Part shown: one piece after another, positions 1-10,800 of the stretch
How the letters are laid out: each line of letters begins with the position of its first letter
Position numbering within the stretch: position 1 is the first letter of the stretch
Virus record (IMG/VR): IMGVR_UViG_3300030376_006242
Source: a virus
Lineage: Duplodnaviria > Caudoviricetes
Length of the DNA: 64,000 bases
Reading direction: 5' to 3' (one strand)
Position numbers and translations under genes: made by a program
The notes under the pieces: generated by a model
Database searches by the model: none
The model's input: the letters and a program-made list of their open reading frames with translations, nothing else
Told to the model about the DNA's origin: nothing

Positions 1-1494
1 GTAATTGACTTGTCACACATTCATCACAAACTTCATGCCGCGTGTGCTTTTTATAGATCAGGATTTGATAAAGCAGTAGCAGTAATAGTAGACGGAGCAG
101 GAACTTTTATTCCAATTAATAACAGTGTGTCAGGACAAACAACTGTGTTTGAAGTAGAAAGTATTTTTAGTTGTGATTATCCAAATGATATCTACGCACT
201 GTACAAACATTATGGAACAGGTGAAGCAAGTCCAGGAGCATTTTATCCAGACTTTGCTTCTGATTCAATAGGTGAGCCAGGCAAAACACACCAAGCATTA
301 TTCACAGACAGAGCAGGAATTGTAAAAGTTTATGAAGCAGTAACACAGTATTGTGGATTCAGTGCCATTGAAGCAGGAAAGACAATGGGATTATTTCCTT
401 ATGGAAAAGAAAATGATATTATTCCACCATTGTTTAAGAAAGAAGGACACTATTCTTTATCTAATAGAAACTTAATTGTGCCAACATATCCTAATGCATC
501 GTTAGTAAACAGTGGATTATATCCATTTATAGATCAAAATCCTGAATCAGAAGACAAAGACGATTGGACAAAAATGCAAAATAGAAGAGATTTGGCATAT
601 GCTGTACAAAAAGAATCACAAAAAGAATGTTTAGACTTAATTTACAAAGCAGTACAGATGAGTGGATGTAAAAATGTTGTGTTTTCAGGAGGATATGGAT
701 TAAATTGTGTAGCAAATTATTATTATTTAGATAGTTTAAAGAAAGATGGCATAAAATTTTACGCAGAACCAGTTTCAAATGATGCGGGAACGGCTATGGG
801 TGCCGCAATGTTGTTCTATTACAGTCTAACACAAACAAAAGAAAAGAAAGTTGATGAACCTACACTATACTTAGGTCCAAAAAGAACATACACAGATGAA
901 CAAATACAAAATGTTTGTGCTCAAGATGGTGTAGAATTAACAGAAGCAACCAACGAAGAAGTTGTAAAAATTATTGCTGAAAGAAATATTGTTTCAATAT
1001 TCCAAGGAGCAAGTGAAAACGGTCCAAGAGCATTGGGTAACAGATCAATATTGTATGATCCAAGAGACCCTAATGGTAAAGACCACGTAAACAAAGTTAA
1101 ACATAGAGAATATTTCAGACCATTTGCCGGAACTATACTACATGAATTTGTACATGAATGGTTTGACTTGCGTGGTATGGAAGAAACACCACATATGATG
1201 TATGCTGTAAACTGTCAACCAGGCATAGAAGAAAAAATTCCAAGTATTATTCACGTTGATGGAACTTGTAGAATACAATCAGTTAAGAGAGAACAAAATC
1301 CTTTGTACTATGACTTAATCAAAGAGTTTCATAAACAAACAGATTGTCCTATTATATTCAATACTTCATTTAATTTAGGTGGTGAACCGTTAGTTGAAAC
1401 TTTAGAAGATGCTGTACGCACATTGATACACAGTGAAATTGAGTATTTGTACTTGCCTGAATATAACAAATTAATAAAGGTAGCAAATAAATGA
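1..1494 (+). CDS. Carbamoyltransferase, NodU/CmcH/TobZ family (5' end lies outside the window)
   Basis: HHKLHAACAFY, DGAG, GKTMGL, SGGYGLNCVAN, NDAGTAMGAA in the N-domain; GPRALGNRSIL, KHREYFRPFA, HVDGTCRIQ, NTSFNLGGEPLVET in the C-domain. The frame is open from the window edge. Confidence 0.93.
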   Translation, partial: VIDLSHIHHKLHAACAFYRSGFDKAVAVIVDGAGTFIPINNSVSGQTTVFEVESIFSCDYPNDIYALYKHYGTGEASPGAFYPDFASDSIGEPGKTHQALFTDRAGIVKVYEAVTQYCGFSAIEAGKTMGLFPYGKENDIIPPLFKKEGHYSLSNRNLIVPTYPNASLVNSGLYPFIDQNPESEDKDDWTKMQNRRDLAYAVQKESQKECLDLIYKAVQMSGCKNVVFSGGYGLNCVANYYYLDSLKKDGIKFYAEPVSNDAGTAMGAAMLFYYSLTQTKEKKVDEPTLYLGPKRTYTDEQIQNVCAQDGVELTEATNEEVVKIIAERNIVSIFQGASENGPRALGNRSILYDPRDPNGKDHVNKVKHREYFRPFAGTILHEFVHEWFDLRGMEETPHMMYAVNCQPGIEEKIPSIIHVDGTCRIQSVKREQNPLYYDLIKEFHKQTDCPIIFNTSFNLGGEPLVETLEDAVRTLIHSEIEYLYLPEYNKLIKVANK

Positions 1495-2468
1495 AAAAGA
1501 CAGCAATATTTTTAAATGGCGGAGCAGGTAGAATGATCAGTTCTATTCCAGCAGTAGAAAAATACCTAGAAGAAAACCCAGATAAAGATCCAATTTTAGT
1601 TTGTGAAGGTGGTACAGATGTATTCAAAGGTCATCCTAAATTTCATTTTAGAGCATATGACAGTTGGCACAAAAATTTGTTCCAAGAAATGCTTAAAGAT
1701 AGAGAATTAATTAGTCCAGAGCCTTATAGAATATGGGAATATTACAATCAAAAGTGTAGTCTTGCTCAAGCATATGATATTGCTATTAATAATAAAGGAA
1801 TAAGAGACCTACCTAAACCTACAATAAGATTAAGCAAAGAAGAATTACTGATGGCAAGACAAATGATTACTGAAGTAAAAGAAAAAACAGGCAAAGATAA
1901 AATTATAGTAGTTCAACCTTTTGGAAGAGGTGCTCAACCTGAGAAAATTACTGAAAAACAAATGGAAAAAGGTAAACAACCTGATATTTCAGATGTTACA
2001 GGTAGAAGTATTGAACTGAAAAACCTCTGGAGCATTGTAAGAAAATTATCTAAAAAGTATGGCGTTATGATGATGAGTGAATTTCCACTAGAATTTAAAA
2101 ATCATATGTCGGCACCAGTGGCTACACCTATGAATGTTCACATTAGAATATGGATGGCATTAATTAAACAGACCAATCATTTTGTTGGCTGTGATTCTGT
2201 AGGGCAACACCTTGCTTATGCATTTGATAAAACAGCCACAGTAATAATAGGTTCAACGTATCCTATAAACACATCATTTCCTGATGCTGAAAATATAGAT
2301 ATTATTGACCTTGGATCGGAAGATAGAGTATATTCACCAATTAGAATCACATCAGATGAGTTTAGCGATAGGCTGAATGAGGGAATAATGGCTATGGAAG
2401 ACCAAACTGAAGACAAGGTAGTGAAGTCAGTTGAAAAGATGCTTAAACAGAGCAAAAACAAGCAGTAA
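1491..2468 (+). CDS. GT9-like (ADP-heptose:LPS heptosyltransferase-like) GT-B glycosyltransferase
   Basis: N-terminal GGAGRMI loop and C-terminal FVGCDSVGQHLAYAFDKTATVIIG, resembling the GT9 'VGxDSGxxHLAxA' motif; ATGA overlap with the upstream gene. Confidence 0.65.
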   Translation: MKKTAIFLNGGAGRMISSIPAVEKYLEENPDKDPILVCEGGTDVFKGHPKFHFRAYDSWHKNLFQEMLKDRELISPEPYRIWEYYNQKCSLAQAYDIAINNKGIRDLPKPTIRLSKEELLMARQMITEVKEKTGKDKIIVVQPFGRGAQPEKITEKQMEKGKQPDISDVTGRSIELKNLWSIVRKLSKKYGVMMMSEFPLEFKNHMSAPVATPMNVHIRIWMALIKQTNHFVGCDSVGQHLAYAFDKTATVIIGSTYPINTSFPDAENIDIIDLGSEDRVYSPIRITSDEFSDRLNEGIMAMEDQTEDKVVKSVEKMLKQSKNKQ

Positions 2469-2508
2469 TACCCAAAATACAGTAGTAATACAATAGTTCT
2501 AAAATAGG

Positions 2509-2514
2509 TAAATA
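2509..2514 (+). promoter_or_regulatory. T4-late-like promoter core (TAAATA)
   Basis: GGTAAATAC in the intergenic gap before the structural genes; the same hexamer recurs before most structural genes. Confidence 0.55.
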
Positions 2515-2537
2515 CACTATAATAAGGATTATTCTAT

Positions 2538-2972
2538 ATGTTTGATGTATCAAGATTTTTTGGAAAAGGAGACAGAAATACTCTTCTAATGAAGAACGGG
2601 TTAAACCTGTCTTACAATGGGCCATATTCTGTAGTAGAAGATGGCATGATACTTGACCAATGGCACGTGAATACATTCACCACAGCAGAATATACAATCA
2701 GTGTAGATTACGACACAAACAATAAAGAAATTTTAAAAGTACTTGTAGCGGCAAGTCCTAATCAAAGCAGTTTATCAATATATGGTAGATCTAATCTAGG
2801 AAACAATTTAATAAAGATTGCAAGTGAAGTTAATAACTCATATGTAAGAATTAAAATTGATCCAGCAGATAAAAGTGCAACAGAAAAATATAGTGGTTCA
2901 AAAATTATATTTGGTGCTACTTATTTTGCCACGCAAAATGCTTTGGTAGGTGGAACGCAGGTAACAGAATAA
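2538..2972 (+). CDS. Hypothetical virion (tail/baseplate) protein
   Basis: 144-aa beta-rich ORF heading the fibre gene cluster, downstream of a TAAATA motif. Confidence 0.5.
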   Translation: MFDVSRFFGKGDRNTLLMKNGLNLSYNGPYSVVEDGMILDQWHVNTFTTAEYTISVDYDTNNKEILKVLVAASPNQSSLSIYGRSNLGNNLIKIASEVNNSYVRIKIDPADKSATEKYSGSKIIFGATYFATQNALVGGTQVTE

Positions 2973-2991
2973 TAAATATGGATGTAGCATA

Positions 2992-4854
2992 ATGGCAGTT
3001 GTTTTTAAACCTTTTGAAACGGATTACGGGTATAAGTCACCAGGATTTAGTGTTGACACAAATGGTAATGTTACTGTCCGTACCGTTACAACCACATACA
3101 TACCACCAGTAATTCCACCAGCACCTGATTTTAACGTAAATGAAACAGCAGGTGCATTTACTTTCTTAAACAAAGGTACTGCTGTGGCAGGAAATAATCC
3201 TCAAATCACAGTTGAAAGAGGAACAACTTATACGTTTGTTTTGAATACAAGCAGTTTGGCTTTCAATGTTTATAAACCAGATGTAGGAAATACAAGTGTT
3301 CCTGGTTTATTATACAGTGAAGGATTATCTCACGCAAATACAGTATCAGGTGAAAATTTAGCAACAGGTACAATAAGTTTTACACAAACGTGGCAACAAC
3401 AATCGTCAGGATTTAGTAGAACTGCTCAAGTGGTAGTGCCAGACACAACAGGCACAGCATTAGAAGGCAAAAAAATTCCTGTGGTTATTTCATTACATGA
3501 CGATGGATTTACTCAAGCAAACGGTATAACCAATGTTAATTTTATCACAGACAAAATTTTAATAGCACCTCAAGGTTACAACAATCAATGGAACATTGGT
3601 TATCAAACATCTAAAGCAGACGATATTGCTTTACTTGATTCAATTATTTCAAGTTTAAGTGACTATGACAATGTTGACACAAGAGAAATCACAATAATTG
3701 GTTACGGTAACGGTGGGCAATTAGCATTACAATATTCAAATTATTCTCAAAATGCTTCAGTAAAAAATATTATCGCATTTAATGGACTTTTAAATGTTGA
3801 TCAATATCAAACAGTAGATCACAGTTTTTACACATATGATTTAGATGATCAAGTACAAGACCAATCAACTATTATTAATTGGACAAGTGTTACTCCACTG
3901 GGTAGTAAAAATGTTTTAATGTTCAATGGTAAAGATGATTTAAATTTCCTTTACAATGGTGGCACAGTTGGTGCTCAAGAATTATACAGTGCTGAAAATT
4001 CTATATATGGAATGGCTAGAGCAGATGGCTCAACTGAAGATAAAATTACAACAGCAACATCTGAATCAGACGGCAGTGAAAGTTTCACATACGACAACGG
4101 CGCTATAAGATTATATGCCTTTCCAGGTGTAGCAAATAATTTTACAACGTATCAAAACGTTATTAGAACAAGAATAAACTCTACAATAGCAACAAGCACA
4201 TACTTAGATATTCCAGTTGCTACTACATTGACTGATGCAGAAGCACAAGGTAAACAATCAGGAACTTTAACATATGCTGTTCCTGTTGATGCTCCAGATA
4301 CACTTTACTACGGAGATACAGACGGTGTTCCTTATGGACAATTAACTGTTGCTCAACCAAGTATAATTGGTGCTGGTGTATTCAGTTCAATTTTAGATAC
4401 AGGCGATTTATTAGCAGAAGGACAAGATGCACAAATTAGGTTAAGTCCTTCAGGAACAGGTACAGTCACAATTAATCCTGCAACAACAGGTACTGTGAAC
4501 AACGTAAATGTAAACGCACAAAATTTATCAACAAGTGGAAATGTAAGTTTAACACCAAATGCTGATGTAACAATCAGTCCACAAGCGGGAGGCACACTTA
4601 CTATGAGACCTACTGACACTGGTCTTGTAGATAATGTATCAATAGGGTCTGTAATACCAAGAAATGGAACCTTTTCAACATTGAATTCTTCCCAAGGAAC
4701 GTTAAATAACACTACATTAGGATTAACAACGGCGGCACAGGCGGCTTTTACATCGGCTACTGTTTCAAGTAACCCAAGTAATGCTAATGATGTTACAAAG
4801 AAGCAATATGTTGATAACACAGCCACAGTGTTATCGATAGCATTAGGAGTATAG
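2992..4854 (+). CDS. Tail fibre-like structural protein with an inserted inactive alpha/beta-hydrolase domain
   Basis: NPQITVERGTTYTF...VPVDAPDTLYY module split by an esterase-like segment (PVVISLHD, IAPQG, DDIALL, IIGYGNGG); C-terminal fibre motifs DVTKKQYVDN and SIALGV. Confidence 0.65.
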   Translation: MAVVFKPFETDYGYKSPGFSVDTNGNVTVRTVTTTYIPPVIPPAPDFNVNETAGAFTFLNKGTAVAGNNPQITVERGTTYTFVLNTSSLAFNVYKPDVGNTSVPGLLYSEGLSHANTVSGENLATGTISFTQTWQQQSSGFSRTAQVVVPDTTGTALEGKKIPVVISLHDDGFTQANGITNVNFITDKILIAPQGYNNQWNIGYQTSKADDIALLDSIISSLSDYDNVDTREITIIGYGNGGQLALQYSNYSQNASVKNIIAFNGLLNVDQYQTVDHSFYTYDLDDQVQDQSTIINWTSVTPLGSKNVLMFNGKDDLNFLYNGGTVGAQELYSAENSIYGMARADGSTEDKITTATSESDGSESFTYDNGAIRLYAFPGVANNFTTYQNVIRTRINSTIATSTYLDIPVATTLTDAEAQGKQSGTLTYAVPVDAPDTLYYGDTDGVPYGQLTVAQPSIIGAGVFSSILDTGDLLAEGQDAQIRLSPSGTGTVTINPATTGTVNNVNVNAQNLSTSGNVSLTPNADVTISPQAGGTLTMRPTDTGLVDNVSIGSVIPRNGTFSTLNSSQGTLNNTTLGLTTAAQAAFTSATVSSNPSNANDVTKKQYVDNTATVLSIALGV

Positions 4855-4860
4855 AAAAGA

Positions 4861-7800
4861 ATGGCAAAGAAACGTATTAATACATACAAATTTACACCAG
4901 GAATACCACAAAGCGGAAATCTTTATCCTAACGCATGGGCTCAAATTAATGCCAACAAAGAATGGTTAAAAGATGAATCCAATGCTTACATAGATTATAA
5001 AATTACAGAAGACACAGCGGCTGATTTATTTCCAAGTGCATCATTAAGATATCTAAACAACAGAGAATATGTCAAAGCAGAAGTGGCGGCATGGGTAGCG
5101 GCACAAGTCGCAGGCAATATATCACCATTTGCTGGATACACAAAAACAGCAACACAGATTAAAAATGATGTTGAAAAAGTAATTAATGCGGCATATCTTG
5201 ATATGAGATATGGCGGTAATGAAAACGTAAGAACAGTATCTCAAAGTTATTATGTAGACGGAGTTCTACAATTAGCGGCGGCTGGTGAACCAGAATTAGC
5301 ATATTGGAATAAAGCAAAACAAATTATAGACTTATACATCTTCACAGGTTTAGCATACGGCACTATTAACGTAGAAGGTATATCACAAAATACGTCAGGT
5401 TCAAATGGTGAAGCAGGTGGTAAAACAAATTTTGCGGCTAACATGGCTGTAATAGACAATGTTGTTGACAACGGTATTTTAAATTTACCAGCACTTGTAA
5501 GTTCGGCTTATGTATTTGCTAACTTTACATATGAACCATATCTTTGTGAAAGAGATATGGGTTACAACATTGATGGTCTTTTAACAGATTTAAGATATGG
5601 TGGTAATGAACAGTCAAGATATAACGCATCAACTTATTGGGTTGGCACAGTTTCTGTATTGACTGGTGACAGACAACCTGAATTAGCAGTAAAAAATGAA
5701 ATTAGAAATATCATAAACAACTATGTAATACCAGGTATTGCTTTTACTTCAAAACAATCACCAGTTGTTACACAACAAACTATTTTAGGCACTCCTGGAG
5801 AAGCAGGTGCCACATCGAGAATAACTGCACTAGTAGGTATAATCACAGATGTAATTACAAATGGTTTAGATAATTTACCTACACAAATTAACAACGGTAT
5901 TTCAAGTGTTAAAATTCCAGAAAGAGTAGAACTATCAGAATTATTATTGATTACAAACACAACATCAAACAATGTGTTGTACACTTTCAATGATCCGGCA
6001 AAAGGAGCAACAGCAACTTATAGAAGAGAATACACAGATGACACTTCAAACCCAACTCCGTTTGTTGATCCTGATTTCCCTAAAGCATTCCATGGTAATG
6101 ATACAATCACTACTATATTTTTAAATGCTGATACATCTACAGATAATGCGTTAGATCAATTACAAATTTTTGTTGAAGATGATGAAATAAGAACACGTCC
6201 ATATGACTTTGGAACAGATGCAATTGAAAGAATGAGAGTTGCACAACCTGAGTCAATGCTTGATGCTGACTTTGAGTATGGATTACAGCCTACGAAGTGG
6301 CAAGCAATTGCAACACAAAGAGGTTATCCATCAATTTACGAAGTACCAGGTACAGACTTTGACATATCATCAGTAACATCAGATGCTTCAGCAGGTACAC
6401 AAGGTATTGGTTCTTCTTTAATTACAGTTACAACAATTGGTCCACACAATTTTGAAGCAGGACAACCTTTTACAATTACAGGATTTGACAACTCTGTGGC
6501 AGGAGCAAGTAGAGCCGCAGGTTCATTTGTAGTAAACACAGTTCCTACAACAACATCATTCACTTATTATGGAAAAGCAAAAGTTGGAACAGTTAATCCT
6601 ACAACAATTTCTACAAACTTTACTCAATTGAGAGAAGGAGACTTTTACACAGGTGCGGCAATTGGTTTCCCATCATTCAGTGTTGCTTCAAATGGATCTT
6701 CAGGAAATTTTGTAACAAGTTTGGCAACATTATCAGGTTCAACAATTTTACCTTACACAGGAGTACAACCAGAAATAGGTGCTCCTTTAACAGGAACAGG
6801 AATACAAACAGGTACACAAATTACTGCTGTTAATGGTTCAGGTGGTGCGTTAGCATCTCCAACTGTAACAGGTGATTACTCAGCAGGTGCAACAGAAATT
6901 ACTGTGGCAGATTCCGCTGGTATTATTCAAAACTCAGTGATTGACAGAGGTGATGGATTTGCTGTAACAATTATAAACGTGGCAGGAAATCAATTAACTT
7001 TAAGTGCTCCATTGAACCAAGACTTAATTGGTGACATCACACAATATACAAATTTAGCAGGTGTAAATTACACACCAGCAGGACAATTAGCAAGATTTGA
7101 TGTGTTTAGAGTAGGAGGAGCATATTCAGTTTCAATAGTAACAAATGGACAAGTTGGTTCAGGACAAGATTATGCTGTTGGAGATGCTATTATAGTAAGT
7201 GGTACAGACTTAGGCGGAGCAACACCTGCCAATGACGCTACAATACTTGTAGAATCTGTTGACACAGGTGGAGAAATTTTAACAGCATCAGTATCAGGTA
7301 CAGCATTCACAGGAACAGGTACAGCATCAGCAGTACAAACAGTGTTCCAAGGTGGTGTTGGTACAGGTGCACAAATAAACGTAACAAAAAATGCCGGCTC
7401 ATACACAGTGGCTCTTAATGCTCCATCATACACTAACGTAACATTAGGAACTTTCCCAGGCACAAACGGTAATGGTGGTATTTTTGATGTTGCTGTTGAT
7501 TCAGGTGTATACACAGTAACAATTGATACAGCAGGTACAGGGTATATTGAAAATGATGTTGTAAGAATAGCAGGTTCAGTTTTTGGTGGAACAGGTGCTA
7601 ACGATTTAGATATTAGAGTTACATCAGTTGGAGGTAGCGGAGAAATTCAAACAATTAATGCGGCAGGTACAGCACCAGATCAAACTGTACAATACGTAAG
7701 TCCAACATACACAACTGCAAGTGCAGGTGGCGTTACAGCGTCATTTACTGTTACAAGAACAGGAACAAGTTACTCAGCAGTAGTAACAACAATAGGAACT

Positions 7801-10800
7801 GGTTATTCAGCATCAGATCAATTAGTTTTTGCTGGTACACAATTAGGTGGAGCAACCACAGCCAATGACATGACATTAACTGTTGATTCAGTTGATGGTA
7901 ATGGTGGAATTTTAACATTCTCAGTAGCAGGTACATCTGTAAACACACAATCTTATCCAGGATTAACTTCAGGTTCAAATGTAACAGGTCAAAACGGAAC
8001 ATTTGATGTAGCGATATCAGGCACAAGTTACACTGTGACGTTAAACAATGCTGGTGACGATTATGGTGTAGGTCAAACACTTACAATTCCAGGAACAAGT
8101 TTAGGTGGTGCGACACCAGCCAACGATGTTTCAATAGTAGTTGATTCAGTTGCTGGCACAGGAGCAAGTGCAATAGCAACTTTCACAGCAACAGGTACAG
8201 CGGCTCTAGATGGTACTTCAGCATACAAAGTAGGTGATCAATTCTTTGTTAGTGGTACAGATTTAGGTGCGGCAACACCAACCAATGATGCTTATGTAAC
8301 AGTTTCAACTGTAAATGGCAATGGTGGAATAACAGGTTTATCAATAAACGGTACAGGTACAGACGCAAACGTAGATTACGCAAGTCCAACTTACACAACA
8401 TCAGCATCTGGTACAGCGGCTGTGTTCAGTGTGAATAGAACAGGCGCAGTTTATTCTGCAACATTTAGTAACAACGGTAGTGGATTTGTTGCCGCAGAGA
8501 CAATTGACATAGCAGGTACAGAATTAGGTGGCTTATCGCCAGCAAACGATTGTCAAATCACTGTTGACACAGTATCTGCAGGAGCAGTAGCAACTTACAC
8601 TGTAACAGGTACAGCAGTTAACACACAAACATTTACAAATGTTAATAAATCAGCAAGAACACCATCTGGATTAACATTAGATGTTACACTTAACGCAGGA
8701 GCATACACAATAGCAATAAACAATCCTGGAAGTGATTACGCTCCAGATCAAGAATTCAAAGTTTTAGGTACAAACTTATTTGGTTCATCTCCAGCAAATG
8801 ACATGACATTCACAGTTACAGGAATAGATGCTGTGGCAACTGGAGTAGTAACAGTTGTATCAGCGGCTTCAGGAACTGCTAACACTGGTACAGGTAATGC
8901 TTTAAATGTTGCTGGTACAAATAGAGTCCCACAAGGTGTTGGTGCACAATTTAGTGTAACAAGAACAAATGCTACAGATTCGTCAACAGACTACACAGAA
9001 GTAACAGTTGTTCAAGAAGGAAGTAATTATGAAATAGGAGACAAACTAACTATTTCTGGATCAAGTTTAGGTGGATCAACTCCAGCCAATGACATTGTTG
9101 TAAGAATACAAAGTGTTTCATCATTTGGTGGTGTTGTTTCAAATACACACTCAGGTACAGCAATAGGTGGAACAGGTTTAAGTGTTTACAGTTCAGTAAC
9201 AATTTCTGATCCAACAAGTCAAGCAATACCTTTAAGTTCAACAATTTCATATTCAGCATTGGCAACTATTAGAGTTGACTTTACAACTCCTCATGGATTA
9301 GTTCCAGGAAATGCTTTCTTGGTTGTTATTATATCAGATGATGGTGCTAACAATCACATATTGGCTTCAGGACCATTCCTAGCAACGGCTATACCATCGC
9401 CAACAAGTTTAACTTATCAAGTTAGATCACCAGGCGCTATAACAGACGCAGGTTGGCAAGGATCAATATATGGCAGACCAGATTCATTCTTTATACACAG
9501 ACCATTCGATGGTGGTGTACAATTAGGAACAGGTGGTCCGGCACACGGTGCACAGGCAATACGTCAATCTAAAAAATATATTAGATATCAATCAGGTAAA
9601 GGTTGTATGTACACAACTGGTGCCTTGTTTGCTCCAAGTTATGACATTTTAAATATAACATCAGATGGAATTGATGCAGGTTCAACAATTACAGTAACAA
9701 CAGATGATGTTGACCACAATTTACAGGTTGGTGCTGTAATAAGATTAGTAGGTGTAGCCACATCAGGTTATGATGGTGAATACACAATTACTTCAGTAAT
9801 TAACGAAAGATCATTTACTGTAATTGCACAGATTTCATTAGGTGGCACAACTCCAGAATTTACAGATCAACCACAAGTATCATTGTACAAATGGAATGGT
9901 GCTACTGTAAGATCAGGAATATTTGATGACCAAAACGGAATTTTCTGGGAGTATGATGGACAAAATACAAATGCTGTACAAAGAACTGCCACAAGACAAT
10001 TAGCAGGTACAGTCACAGTAACACCAAATTCAAATAATGTTACAGGTGTAGGAACAAGATTCAGAGAACAAATCAAAGCAGGTGACAGAGTTGTAATAAG
10101 AGGTATGACACACGTGGTATCAAGTGTTACAGACAACACAACAATGAGTATTACTCCAGATTATAGAGGTGTTAATGTATCAGCAGGTGTTAAAATGTGT
10201 GCTGTGGTTGACAAAAAAGCAAAACAATCAGAATTTAATAAAGACAAATTAGACGGTACAGGCCCAAGTGGTTATAAATGGGACGTGTCTAAGATGCAGA
10301 TGATTGGAATACAATTTTCATGGTATGGTGCTGGATTTATCGACTGGATGACAAGAGGTCAAAAAGGTAATTTCATATTTGTACACAGAATGAGAAATTC
10401 AAACGTAAACACAGAAGCATTTATGAGAACAGGTAACCAACCTGTGCGTTATGAAGTAACAAACGAAGGTCCTGGTGGAAGATTGATAGAAAACATAGAT
10501 GACACTCAGACAACTATTACATTAGAAGATGCTTCTTTCTTCCCATCAACAGGCGGAACTGTTTATATCGATAACGAAGTAATAACTTTTACAGGTATTA
10601 CAGGAGATACATTGACAGGTTGTACAAGAGCGGCACAACTTACAAACTTTGCGGCTGGTGCCACAAGAAACTATTCAGCGGGTACGGCGGCGGCTCACTT
10701 TAGAAATACTGGTGTTGTACTAATTTCTAACACAGCGTCTCCAATCATATCGCACTGGGGATCAGCATATCTAACAGATGGTAACTTTGATGAAGATAGA

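Noticed and set aside
7150-9170. CRISPR array or DGR template/variable repeat
   Set aside because: The repeats are degenerate and protein-level inside an ORF. There are no identical DNA repeats with spacers, no adenine-specific variant pair and no reverse transcriptase.
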